Notes under the pieces: generated by a model | What the model was told of the DNA's origin: nothing | The model's database searches: none | The model's input: the letters and a program-made list of their open reading frames with translations, nothing else | In this document: positions 26,579 through 35,995 of the stretch, piece by piece | Layout of the letters: each line of letters opens with the position of its first letter | How positions within the stretch are numbered: position 1 is the stretch's first letter | Program-made: the position numbers and the translations under genes | IMG/VR virus record: IMGVR_UViG_3300010399_000001 | Coordinates: 32,001 to 96,000 of that record | Direction: 5' to 3' (one strand) | DNA from: a virus | DNA length: 64,000 nucleotides

Positions 26579-26832
26579 CACAGCCCCTGCTGGATACCGA
26601 GGATGTCTGGTACCTGGAGTACTTCGACGTTCAGGTAGAGGAGTGGACGGGGCTTTACCCATACACCGAGTACCACTCAGAGGTCGCGGCGTGCCGCGCC
26701 CACCTGGAACACAAGAAGAAGGTGCCCGGCGGTAACGCTCGGGTGGTGCGCGAGACCCGGCAGCGCTATCTGGTGACCGGACCGCTGCAACCTAAGCGGC
26801 CGTTATCTCGCCGTAATCGAAACGATAGGTGA
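26563..26832 (+). CDS. hypothetical protein
   Basis: GGAG RBS. Confidence 0.5.
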   Translation: MPSRVTQPLLDTEDVWYLEYFDVQVEEWTGLYPYTEYHSEVAACRAHLEHKKKVPGGNARVVRETRQRYLVTGPLQPKRPLSRRNRNDR

Positions 26833-26850
26833 GGCAGGTAGCATGAGCCC

Positions 26851-27459
26851 ATGGCTACCTTCCTTGGGTTCGAGACTCTCAAGCTCGACGAACTGATTCC
26901 CTTCCCCGGCAATGCGCGTCGCGGTGACATCGACGGCATCCGCTCCTCGGTGCGCGCTCACGGCCAGTACCGCTCCCTGGTCGTTAGGCGCACTCCTGGT
27001 GGGGATGTGGTGCTCGCTGGCAACCACACGCTGCGCGCCCTGATCGCCGAAGGATTCACCGAGGCGCGCTGCGAGGTCATCGAGTGCAGCGAGGCTGACG
27101 CTATCAAGATCAACGTCGGAGACAACGGCTGGGGCGACAAGGCGACCAATGACGAGAGCGCGCTGGCCGACCTGCTGGAGCTGCTGAACGGTGACTTTGA
27201 GGGCACCAGCTACACCCAGCAGGACTTCGAGGACATGCGCGGGCTGTGGGATGCGGATGAGAACTCCACGCCCGATCTGGACAAGCTGGCGGACGAGCTG
27301 GGAGATCCGGTCGACTCGGATCTGTGGCCCACGCTTCGCTTCAAGGTCCCCCCGCAGGTGCGCGACGACTTCTATGACCTGACGAACAATTGCGCCAATC
27401 CGAATGACGACAACAATCGGTTCATGCACCTGATCCAGAAGGTTCGGAGTGCAGAGTGA
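26851..27459 (+). CDS. ParB-like N-terminal domain protein
   Basis: LIPFPGNARRGD...HGQYRSLVV...VLAGNHT...DN. Confidence 0.85.
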   Translation: MATFLGFETLKLDELIPFPGNARRGDIDGIRSSVRAHGQYRSLVVRRTPGGDVVLAGNHTLRALIAEGFTEARCEVIECSEADAIKINVGDNGWGDKATNDESALADLLELLNGDFEGTSYTQQDFEDMRGLWDADENSTPDLDKLADELGDPVDSDLWPTLRFKVPPQVRDDFYDLTNNCANPNDDNNRFMHLIQKVRSAE

Positions 27460-28565
27460 CCTTCAGGTTCCTAGTCTCGTTCCACTATCACGAGAAGACG
27501 GACCTACAGGCGATCGTCGATGCCTACAACGGCCCATGCGAAGTGTTCGCCGACTCCGGCGCGTACTCCGCCGCCTCTCTCGGTGCGACGATCAAGCTCG
27601 CCGACTACGCCGCATGGCTCAAGGATTGGGAACACCTTCTGACCATCAAGGCGACGCTGGATGTGATCGGGGACCCGCAGGCCACCGCCCGCAACACCCG
27701 CACGCTGGAGCGCCAGGGCATCAACGTGCTTCCCGTCTTCCATGTAGGCACCCCATGGGGCGAGCTGGAGAAGATGGTCAAGCAATACGACTATCTGGCC
27801 CTCGGGGGAATGGTCCCGCACAGCGGCAAGGCCGATGCGGTGATGCGCTGGCTGGTGAAGGCGTTCCAGGTGGCAAGGGAGACCGGCACCGTCTATCACG
27901 GCTTCGGTCAGACCAGACTGGAGACCATCAAGAAGCTGCCGTTCTATTCGGTGGACTCCTCGGCATGGTCATCGGGGATGCGCTACGGCACGATCGTCCT
28001 ATGGGATGAGAAGTCATCGAACTTCATCAAGCTACAGGCGTCAGACCCGGCTCAAGCGCGCCGCTATGCAGCTCTCTTGCGCTCTCATGGCGCTAATCCG
28101 TCCCTGGTCGCGAAGCCAGGCTTCGCGATGCTCTCGCGCCGTACGCCGGAGCAGTTCAGGCGTGAGGTCTCGATGATGCGCGGAGCGCCCGCCATCGCCT
28201 ATATGCGCATGGGGGAGTATCTGGCGCGGCGTCACAAGGTGCCCAGGCCCGCGAGCCTCGGCGATGGAAAGAACGGTACTGCCGTCTATGTGGCGGACGC
28301 CGCGATGAGGCATCTGGTGGACGCCGCACCCATCGTCAATGACGTTGGAACAGCTGTGTACCTGGCTGCGGATACCGGCGGCAGCTGCATGAAGATGGCG
28401 CTGGACCATATGCGCGATACCGGTACGCATGTCTATCTGGCCAACACGGCTGCCATCAATCTGCGCGGCGCGGCAATGGTGGCGGGTGGCGTAGACGCTA
28501 ACGAGGTAGACAAGAGTGTCTACATCGACGAGATCCGAAAGAAGAAGGATGGGGAGAATGAGTAA
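27456..28565 (+). CDS. dpdA: DpdA/TGT-like 7-deazaguanine transglycosylase
   Basis: FADSGAYS, LDVIGD, LPVFH, LALGGMV, YHGFG, YSVDSSAW; adjacent to queCDE-folE. Confidence 0.75.
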   Translation: MTFRFLVSFHYHEKTDLQAIVDAYNGPCEVFADSGAYSAASLGATIKLADYAAWLKDWEHLLTIKATLDVIGDPQATARNTRTLERQGINVLPVFHVGTPWGELEKMVKQYDYLALGGMVPHSGKADAVMRWLVKAFQVARETGTVYHGFGQTRLETIKKLPFYSVDSSAWSSGMRYGTIVLWDEKSSNFIKLQASDPAQARRYAALLRSHGANPSLVAKPGFAMLSRRTPEQFRREVSMMRGAPAIAYMRMGEYLARRHKVPRPASLGDGKNGTAVYVADAAMRHLVDAAPIVNDVGTAVYLAADTGGSCMKMALDHMRDTGTHVYLANTAAINLRGAAMVAGGVDANEVDKSVYIDEIRKKKDGENE

Positions 28566-29253
28566 GCCGCTTGCGGTGGTGTCCCTCTCGGGCGGGATGG
28601 ACTCCACGACCCTGCTGGCCCACCTGCTGCAAGACAATGAGGTGCTGGCTCTATCGTTCGACTACGGACAGCGCCACCGCAAGGAGCTGGACGCGGCCAG
28701 GGATGTCTCGCAGTACTACGGCGTCGAGCATCACGTGATCGATCTGACCTCGGTGGGCAAGCTGCTGACCGGCTCGGCTCTTACCGACAGCTCGGTAGAG
28801 GTTCCCGAGGGTCACTACGAGGCCGAGAACATGAAGGCCACCGTCGTGCCGAACCGCAACGCGATCATGGCCAGCATCGCCATCGGTATTGCCAGTTCGC
28901 GCAAGGCGAAGTTCGTGGCTCTCGGCATCCATGCCGGTGATCACGCGGTCTACCCGGACTGCCGGCCTGAGTTCGTCGAGGTGCTGCGGGAGCTGGCCTC
29001 TGTGGCGCTGGACGGCTTCCATGCCCCACGCATCGAGACTCCGTTCGTGCTGTGGTCCAAGACTGGCATTGCGCGTGAGGCTGGACGCCTCGGGGTCCCG
29101 ATCGAGCGCACGTGGAGCTGCTACAAGGGTGGCGAGAAACACTGCGGCCGATGCGGTACCTGCGTCGAGCGCATCGAGGCGATGCGGGACGCAGACGTGG
29201 CAGATCTGACCGAATACGAAGATAAGGCGTTCGCCGAGGGGGTGCTGGCCTGA
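28558..29253 (+). CDS. queC: 7-cyano-7-deazaguanine synthase
   Basis: SGGMDS, FDYGQRH, VPNRN, YPDCRPEF, TWSCY, CGRCGTC. Confidence 0.97.
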   Translation: MSKPLAVVSLSGGMDSTTLLAHLLQDNEVLALSFDYGQRHRKELDAARDVSQYYGVEHHVIDLTSVGKLLTGSALTDSSVEVPEGHYEAENMKATVVPNRNAIMASIAIGIASSRKAKFVALGIHAGDHAVYPDCRPEFVEVLRELASVALDGFHAPRIETPFVLWSKTGIAREAGRLGVPIERTWSCYKGGEKHCGRCGTCVERIEAMRDADVADLTEYEDKAFAEGVLA

Positions 29254-29687
29254 TGTATGAGATCGCGGTACGGCATAACTTCGAGACCGCACATCGGCTA
29301 CCGCACCTTGAGGGCAAGTGTCAGTCTCTCCACGGGCACTCCTGGTGGGCTGAGGTCACCGTTGCCGCACCTGTGCTGCGCGGCGGCATCCTAGTTGAGT
29401 TCGGACCGTTCAAGAAGGCCCTGCGCGAGTGGATCGACACCAACCTCGATCACGGTGCAATGCTCGGCTTCGATGATCCGCTGCTGCCGATCCTGCGCGG
29501 CCACGGCAGCAAGGTGTATGAGTTCACCCACTGGCCAACGGTTGAAGAGGTCGCATCCGAGATCGGCTTCAAGGCTCAGGAGATACTCACCACAATCACG
29601 CGCGCACCGGGAGCGGCGGTCATCCGCTGCGATGTGCAGGAGACCCACGTCAACCGAGCATCTTGGACGCCGCCGCATGATGCCTGA
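29253..29687 (+). CDS. queD: 6-carboxytetrahydropterin synthase
   Basis: FETAHRL...KCQSLHGHS...LDH...PTVE...ET. Confidence 0.93.
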   Translation: MYEIAVRHNFETAHRLPHLEGKCQSLHGHSWWAEVTVAAPVLRGGILVEFGPFKKALREWIDTNLDHGAMLGFDDPLLPILRGHGSKVYEFTHWPTVEEVASEIGFKAQEILTTITRAPGAAVIRCDVQETHVNRASWTPPHDA

Positions 29688-30384
29688 GAAGTCGCTGATG
29701 GTCAGCGAGGTATTCGGCCCCACCTTCCAGGGGGAGGGGCCGAGTACCGGACGTAGGGCGGTATTCATCAGGCTAATGGGCTGCAATCTGACCTGCAAGT
29801 GGTGCGATACGCCGTACACCTGGGACGGCAAGAGGTTCGACCTGCGCGCCGAAGGCAAGCGGATGCAGGTCGCTCGGATCATCCGCAAGATCAGCGGTAA
29901 GCCGGAGCTGGCGGTTATCACCGGAGGCGAACCTCTGCTGCACCAGGAGCAGAGTGGCTGGATACCACTCCTGGATGAACTGGTCGCACATGGCCTGAAG
30001 ATCGAGATCGAGACCAACGGTACCCAGCTACCCACGACGCAGACGGAGATGCGGGTGGCCCGCTTCAATGTCTCGCCGAAACTGGCGCACGCGGGCGACA
30101 AGGAAGATAAGCGCCTGAAGTACGACGTGCTGCGCGCGCTGGTGGTGACTGGAGCGGCGATCTTCAAGTTCGTCGCGCGCACCGCCTCCGATCTGGACCA
30201 GGTGGAGCGCATCGTAGAACGGGCTCAGATCCCTAACGAGCTAGTCTGGATCATGCCCGAGGGTACCGATGCCGAGACCCTGACCCGGGGCATCCAGACG
30301 CTAGCGCCGCTCGTCGTGACGCGCGGATGGAATCTCACTACGCGTCTGCATGTGATCGCGTATGGCGATAGAAGAGGTGTATAG
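29680..30384 (+). CDS. queE: 7-carboxy-7-deazaguanine synthase (radical SAM)
   Basis: TFQGEG...GCNLTCKWCDT, ITGGEPL, IETNG, VSPK. Confidence 0.95.
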   Translation: MPEKSLMVSEVFGPTFQGEGPSTGRRAVFIRLMGCNLTCKWCDTPYTWDGKRFDLRAEGKRMQVARIIRKISGKPELAVITGGEPLLHQEQSGWIPLLDELVAHGLKIEIETNGTQLPTTQTEMRVARFNVSPKLAHAGDKEDKRLKYDVLRALVVTGAAIFKFVARTASDLDQVERIVERAQIPNELVWIMPEGTDAETLTRGIQTLAPLVVTRGWNLTTRLHVIAYGDRRGV

Positions 30385-30960
30385 ATGACCGATACCGCTG
30401 CCGCTCAGGCTGGCGTGCGGGCGCTGCTGCTTGGCATCGGAGAGAATCCGGACCGGCCTGGCCTGAAGGAGACTCCGCGCCGGGTGGCGAAGGCGCTTAT
30501 CGACTTCACGACACCTACCGGTCCAAGTCCGCAGGAGCTTCTGGCCGTCACATTCAACGACGCCGATCCCGCACCGGACCAGATGATCACAGTAGGGCCG
30601 ATCGAGTTCGCATCGCTCTGCGAGCATCACCTTCTACCATTCACCGGGCACGCGTATGTCGGCTACATCCCCGGCGCGGCCGGGGCGGTGGTGGGCCTGT
30701 CCAAGCTGGCACGCCTGGTGGACTGGTATGCGCACGGCCTCCAGATCCAGGAGCGCCTTACCGCTCAGGTGACAGGGGCGATCGACAAGTACCTCGATAC
30801 CCTCGGCTCGGCCTGCACGATCCACTCGTCGCATTCCTGCATGACCTCTCGCGGCGCTCACAAGCCTGGTGCGATCATGCGTACCACCTCTCTAACTGGA
30901 GCGTTCCGGGATCAGGATGCGACCAGGGCAGAGTTTCTAGCCCACACGCGCTGCTGCTGA
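30385..30960 (+). CDS. folE: GTP cyclohydrolase I
   Basis: ETPRRV, SLCEHHLLPF, GLSKLAR, QIQERLT, HSCMTSRG. Confidence 0.97.
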   Translation: MTDTAAAQAGVRALLLGIGENPDRPGLKETPRRVAKALIDFTTPTGPSPQELLAVTFNDADPAPDQMITVGPIEFASLCEHHLLPFTGHAYVGYIPGAAGAVVGLSKLARLVDWYAHGLQIQERLTAQVTGAIDKYLDTLGSACTIHSSHSCMTSRGAHKPGAIMRTTSLTGAFRDQDATRAEFLAHTRCC

Positions 30961-31078
30961 GGGGTGTGCCCGAGCGCGCTCTTATGCTACGCTACTCAAG
31001 GCAGATGCACGCGAGATCTATCACCCTCGTGAGATGCATCAACACATTGAGTCCCTACCCCCGGGAGAAGGGAGTGGC

Positions 31079-31327
31079 ATGGCCAGCAAGCTTTACCGCG
31101 TCAAGACTCTGACGCTAGGCGAGGTATCCATCGAGGAGGGTTCCGAAGCCAAGGAGCTGGAGGAGGCGATCGCCAAGGGCGAGGAAGCCGTCTTCGACCT
31201 CTTCAACGAGTACGAGATCGGCGTCGATCTGGATGACGCAGAAGTCGTCGGCGTGGAGATCATCGACGCCGATGGCAAGGTCATCGCCAAGAGAGGCCAG
31301 GAGTTGCCCGGAATCGTCCGGGTCTAG
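31079..31327 (+). CDS. small acidic protein
   Basis: GGAG RBS after promoter motif at 30984. Confidence 0.6.
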   Translation: MASKLYRVKTLTLGEVSIEEGSEAKELEEAIAKGEEAVFDLFNEYEIGVDLDDAEVVGVEIIDADGKVIAKRGQELPGIVRV

Positions 31328-31338
31328 AACGGAGCAAC

Positions 31339-31518
31339 ATGCCCAGGCAGAAGAGGTCGGTATCCCCGAATCCGGGTAGGCGCAGCGGCGAGCCGTCGAA
31401 GCACCAGCGGCGCGTCAAGGCGAAGCTGGCCGAGCGCACCGCGCGCTACGAGGCCGTGCCTGCCCCGATCAAGGGCGGCTTCAGGAAGCCGGGTTCGCAG
31501 AACCTGCACCACCAGTAA
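31339..31518 (+). CDS. small basic protein (59 aa)
   Basis: GGAG RBS; MPRQKRSVSP...GGFRKPGSQNLHHQ; below ORF-track cutoff. Confidence 0.55.
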   Translation: MPRQKRSVSPNPGRRSGEPSKHQRRVKAKLAERTARYEAVPAPIKGGFRKPGSQNLHHQ

Positions 31519-31558
31519 CCCCTACGCGGGAGGGAGTCCACCACCCCCTCCCGCACCC

Positions 31559-31626
31559 GCCCCTGTCGCCCAATTGGCAGAGCATCCGGTGCACCGGAGA
31601 TCGAGGTTCAAGTCCTCGCGGGGGCT
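31559..31626 (+). ncRNA. tRNA-like RNA with 4-nt anticodon loop
   Basis: GCCCCTG/CGGGGGC acceptor, D arm, TCCGG-TGCA-CCGGA, CGAGG-TTCAAGT-CCTCG. Confidence 0.75.
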
Positions 31627-31660
31627 CTCTGCGGCCGACCGGCCGTGAGAGGAGGAGGTT

Positions 31661-32137
31661 GTGGATCTCAGTGGGGAGGCCAGACGCATCGGAGACGCAC
31701 TCCGGCTGCACTGGCCTGAAACGAAGTTCTACGTCTCAACCCAGCCGTCCGAGGGTGAGCATTGCGCTCTGGTGATCGTCGAATGGGAAGACGCACCGCG
31801 CGCCACCATGGTGCGACATGTAGCCAGGGAGGCTGCTGACTTCTCCACCAGCAAGAGGCCGGGATGGAAGATCGCCTTCCGTCACCGCATCTCCCGCGAC
31901 CTGCGCCTTCGGGTGCGCGAGGTGATTCTGGCCCAGTATCCGGGCTATGACTACATCACGCAGACCGGTGATCTGAATCCGGATGCCGTCTGGCGCTACC
32001 TCGCACCGCCGATCGTGATCCCGGTGGATGAACTCGGTGAAGAATCCACGGTCAAGTGCAAAGACCGTGATGGCAACTTCCTGATCAAGGCGGTCGCCTA
32101 TGCGATCCTGCGGCGCGAGGGCGCGAAGGATGTCTAG
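31661..32137 (+). CDS. hypothetical protein
   Basis: GGAGG RBS. Confidence 0.6.
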   Translation: MDLSGEARRIGDALRLHWPETKFYVSTQPSEGEHCALVIVEWEDAPRATMVRHVAREAADFSTSKRPGWKIAFRHRISRDLRLRVREVILAQYPGYDYITQTGDLNPDAVWRYLAPPIVIPVDELGEESTVKCKDRDGNFLIKAVAYAILRREGAKDV

Positions 32138-32163
32138 CCATATCCGGAGGGGGGTGAAGAAGG

Positions 32164-32421
32164 GTGAGAAGACCTAACTGGCTCAGGGACATCATCGAAG
32201 GCATCCGGGAGGGACTCGAAGAGGGTCACGAGAGCGCACATACGCGCGTGGTGATGCAGATGCCGCTGGATTGGCCGTGCACGACGTGTAGCGGTAGAGG
32301 TAGCGGGCCCAATCAAGATGCGTGCACCAGGTGCGACGGCAGCGGCTATGCGTTATCACCGCGCGGCGAGGAGCTGGCCTCCTTCCTGAAGCGGCATGGT
32401 TTCACGCGCTCGATCCGATAG
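32164..32421 (+). CDS. DnaJ-like CxxCxGxG zinc-finger protein
   Basis: CTTCSGRG...CTRCDGSG. Confidence 0.6.
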   Translation: MRRPNWLRDIIEGIREGLEEGHESAHTRVVMQMPLDWPCTTCSGRGSGPNQDACTRCDGSGYALSPRGEELASFLKRHGFTRSIR

Positions 32422-32537
32422 AACCCCGCGATGCAAGCGGCTGCGTCACAGGCGCAGCCGCTTGCTGCTTGTGCGCTGATCTTGCGCACATGCTACGCTA
32501 CTCGCGCGCAAGAAAGCGCATAGAGAGGAGCGCACCC

Positions 32538-32747
32538 ATGGACGAGATCATCATCGGGGCGGGCTGCAAGATCGAGTGCGGCGAGAGCTTCGGCCGGACG
32601 ATCATCGACCTGATCTATCCGGGCGACACGGTGACCCTCAGCTTCGAGGGTACCGACGAGGAGATTCGCGACTGCGCCATGCGGCTGACCCTGGCTGCGG
32701 CGGAGGTCTACAGCGACGCCAGTCGGCGCATTGCGGGCCGTGGCTGA
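32538..32747 (+). CDS. hypothetical protein
   Basis: GAGGAG RBS after promoter motif at 32490. Confidence 0.55.
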   Translation: MDEIIIGAGCKIECGESFGRTIIDLIYPGDTVTLSFEGTDEEIRDCAMRLTLAAAEVYSDASRRIAGRG

Positions 32748-33511
32748 TGTTCATCGAGCGCAGCGGTAAGAGGGGCAGAGAGCCGCAGTATCTGATCTGC
32801 TACCCGTCCGTGACCGACGTGGGCGATCGTTCGATCCTGATCGACAACCTGCGCGCTATAGAGGCTGGCGAGGTGGATGTCGAGCCGACCGTCTATCACT
32901 CACCCTCGGGCAGCTCCGAGTTCATCGAGGTTGAGTGCAAGACGAGCCTGATCGATGACCAGCCAGGCAGACGCGAGACCAGAGTCAAGACCCTTCAAGG
33001 GGATCTTGTCGACGAGCTGGAGTGGTGGATCGAAGGGGCTGGTAGCCCGAAGAAGGCTGGCAAGAGGAAGATCGGAAAGAAGCCGTGGCGGCCCAAAGCG
33101 ACCTTCTATCTGCTAGCCGAGGTCTTTCCGCTTCCCGGCGGCGAACGGCGCTTCACGCCGATCGGGATCTTCTTCAAGCTGGCCAAGGCCCAGGACTGGG
33201 CGCAGGAGATGACGAAGGACTACGAGCAGTCCGCAAGCCAGTTCGACGACCCACCACACCCCCTGGAGTTCTGCTGGTCCACCGATAAGAAGACCGGCGA
33301 GATGTCGCTGCGCACCTCGATCAACGGTATGGGTGTAGGCATCGTGCAGTTCATCATCCAGGGGATTCCCTGCGATCCTGCACTGCGCGACACCTATAAC
33401 GAGATCAGGGCGGTCGCAGCAGAGCGCGCTCGTGCGGCAGGCGACGAGAAGTCGGCGCTGGATATCGAGGCCAGCAAGAAGGGCCGCAGAAGGGTGCATC
33501 GTGGCGACTGA
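32747..33511 (+). CDS. hypothetical protein
   Basis: TGATG coupling. Confidence 0.6.
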   Translation: MFIERSGKRGREPQYLICYPSVTDVGDRSILIDNLRAIEAGEVDVEPTVYHSPSGSSEFIEVECKTSLIDDQPGRRETRVKTLQGDLVDELEWWIEGAGSPKKAGKRKIGKKPWRPKATFYLLAEVFPLPGGERRFTPIGIFFKLAKAQDWAQEMTKDYEQSASQFDDPPHPLEFCWSTDKKTGEMSLRTSINGMGVGIVQFIIQGIPCDPALRDTYNEIRAVAAERARAAGDEKSALDIEASKKGRRRVHRGD

Positions 33512-33716
33512 CGGTCCGGATCGAATCACCGTTTGCCTGGACGCAGACGCCAGGGCCGCCCTGGCTCGCCTGCTAGGCCGTACTGATCACTCCAAGACGG
33601 AGGTCACGCAGCGCGCGCTGAAGGTCTACGACCTCGTGGACGATTCCATCCGCAAGGGCGGCAGGGTCTACGTCGAGGATGCAGACGGCAAGTTCATCGA
33701 GGTGAGAATCCTATGA
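33501..33716 (+). CDS. ribbon-helix-helix-like DNA-binding protein
   Basis: RITVCLD...ALARL...SKTEVTQRALKVY. Confidence 0.6.
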   Translation: MATDGPDRITVCLDADARAALARLLGRTDHSKTEVTQRALKVYDLVDDSIRKGGRVYVEDADGKFIEVRIL

Positions 33717-35408
33717 GCGACGTGGCCCAGGCGCGGCACGTGATCGACCATTGGGATACGGCCGCCAAGATAGGCGATGACGAGTGGGAGCTGGACGGTC
33801 ACGAGTTCACCAGGCAGGAGGCGCTGGATAAGGTCGCCAGACTGCGCTCGATCGTGCCAACGATGGATCACCGCCCTGTGCACGTGACCGGGCACATCCA
33901 GTTCACCGAGGAGGCTCCGTGAGCAAGGAGCCGCTGCAAGGTGAGACTTCCGAGGACTACTGGGACCTGATCGCGCCGACCGGCATCGGCGGCGGCTGGG
34001 AGCTGTTCGGTAAGAGGCTGGATAAGCAGTCCGCCAAGAATCAGGCTGCCAATGCCAACGGCATGTTCCCGCTTGCCGATGTGCGCGCAGTGCACGTCAC
34101 CACGTCTATGCGCTTCACCGAGGAGGACTAGTGGAGCCTCTATTCGAAGTCATGGACTGGGTGATGCTCCAGAACTGCCCCAGCCCCGGCATGGTGCTGG
34201 ACCGCCAGGTGCGCGAGGGTGACTTCCATTACCGGATGGACTGGCCGGATCACCCGAAGGATCACAAGTACTACCCGCAAAGCGATCTACTGCCGACCCG
34301 TGCGCCCAGTGAGCATGGGGCGCAGAGTGATGTCGGATAACGAGAGGAGCAGGTCATGAGGGGTTTCTTCGCAGCACTGATCAGCGGTGCAGTCGTGCTC
34401 ACCGGTCATGTGGTCGGGTTCCCCATGTGGGAGGACTTCACGGCCGGAGTCGTGCTGGGCTCCCTGCTCGGCGGACCGACGACCACGATGCTGTGGGATG
34501 ACGGCCATAAGCGCAAGAACAAGAGACTGCCGAAGTAGATGGCAGTCGACGGTAGACGACGATGAAGGGATCGAATGATGGGGGTCTTCCAGAAGCGGGG
34601 CGGCTCGGCATGCATCGTGACGGGCTGCACGGACCCGATGCTGGCACTGGTGCTCGCGATGGCGCTGGTGAAGGTCGCGCCGAAGGTGCGCAAGAGGCGG
34701 GCGAGGTAAGCCGGGAGAAGACGAAGCTGTCGCCGGAGAGGTGGGCTGCAACAGTCACTTTCGTACTGGCGAATCAGCCGGAGCTGGCTGGCGTGACGGT
34801 GCAGGCGATGCAGGAGGGAATCCTCATCGCCAATGACCGCCTGCGCGACCGCGTTGCTGCCGTCAGCCTGGGGTTGGTCGAGGCCATGAACACGAGGCTG
34901 ACCCACAAGAAGCGGCGGCATGACGTGATCATCCGCGCGATCAAGGCCAGCGTCGTGTTCGGCTCGAAGTGGTCCGACGACATGATCGCCAGCGAGAGCG
35001 AGGCGCAGAAGGAATGAGCGCCGCAGATCTCGCCAGGGCTCATCCCGCAGCAGCGCAGGTCGTCCTCGGGGTCTATGTGACCTTTCTGGTCGGCGCTGGG
35101 ATCTGGTTGGTTATTCAGTTATGGAGGCGCAGGTGAGCGACCAGCCAAGCTTGGGGCCGGAGCAGATCGACAGGGTCGGCTGTACCTGCTACGGGTGCAT
35201 CCTTGATCGGAACGTGCCCTTGGATCGGGCGACCGTGACGCAGGTGCACGACATGCTTCAGGGTCGGCTCATCAATGCCACCGGCATCGACAGAAGCGAG
35301 TTCCTGACCGTCTGTGACGGCACCGGCAAGGTCGTACGGGTGATCAAGCCGGAGAGCAACGATGAGTTTCTCGACGCGATAAACACGAACAACTGGAGGA
35401 TCAGATGA
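33713..35408 (+). other. run of small coupled hypothetical ORFs (33713-33922, 33919-34131, 34131-34340, 34356-34538 and others)
   Basis: Short ORFs with RBS and overlapping stop/starts; no recognisable families. Confidence 0.5.
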
Positions 35409-35635
35409 TGGACGAGCAAGGACCCGCCGAAGTCTCAGTCGAAGATCCGGATGAGCTGGACTGCGCACCGCCCGGCGCGAAGCTGGTGGTGTATCCGATC
35501 CGCTTCCCGGCCGATCGGGTCGAGCAGCTGCGGCGGGTCGCGGAGTCCAGGGATGTCAAGCCCACCGTCCTGGTGCGCGACTTCACCCTTATGATGCTCG
35601 ATGTCGTCGATCGCAAGGGTGCGGAAACCAGGTGA
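35405..35635 (+). CDS. RHH/CopG-like protein
   Basis: VYPIRFP..RVEQLRRVAESRDVKPTVLVR. Confidence 0.55.
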   Translation: MMDEQGPAEVSVEDPDELDCAPPGAKLVVYPIRFPADRVEQLRRVAESRDVKPTVLVRDFTLMMLDVVDRKGAETR

Positions 35636-35982
35636 GCGCACTGCTCGGCGGTATCATCGATGCCGCTGCTGGCGGCCTTGGCGGTTACGTGTTCGGACGC
35701 ATTCGCGGTGCGATGCTCAAACCGAAACCGAAGCCGGACCCGACGCCGATCTGTCTGTGCAGTCACGCCATCTCGTTCCATGAGGACAAAATCGGGCGGT
35801 GCATCAACGTCGACCTGAAGAAACTCAATACCGAGGTGGCCGCCCTCGACGGCAACGGTGACGTGATCTTCGATGATGACGACTATCCGGTGTTCAATGT
35901 CACCGAGTCATTCGTCGAGAAGCCGTGCGGCTGCCTGCACTACGTCGGTCCAGATCCGATACCGACGATGATCGCACTCTGA
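35632..35982 (+). CDS. membrane-anchored Cys/His protein
   Basis: TM + ICLCSH..FH...C...PCGCLHYVGP. Confidence 0.6.
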   Translation: MSALLGGIIDAAAGGLGGYVFGRIRGAMLKPKPKPDPTPICLCSHAISFHEDKIGRCINVDLKKLNTEVAALDGNGDVIFDDDDYPVFNVTESFVEKPCGCLHYVGPDPIPTMIAL

Positions 35983-35995
35983 GGGGGTGAAATAG

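Noticed and set aside
24712-27459. ParABS partition or Dnd phosphorothioation system from the ParB/DGQHR proteins
   Set aside because: No ParA or dndCDE genes; stand-alone ParB-like domains are common in actinophages and beside que clusters
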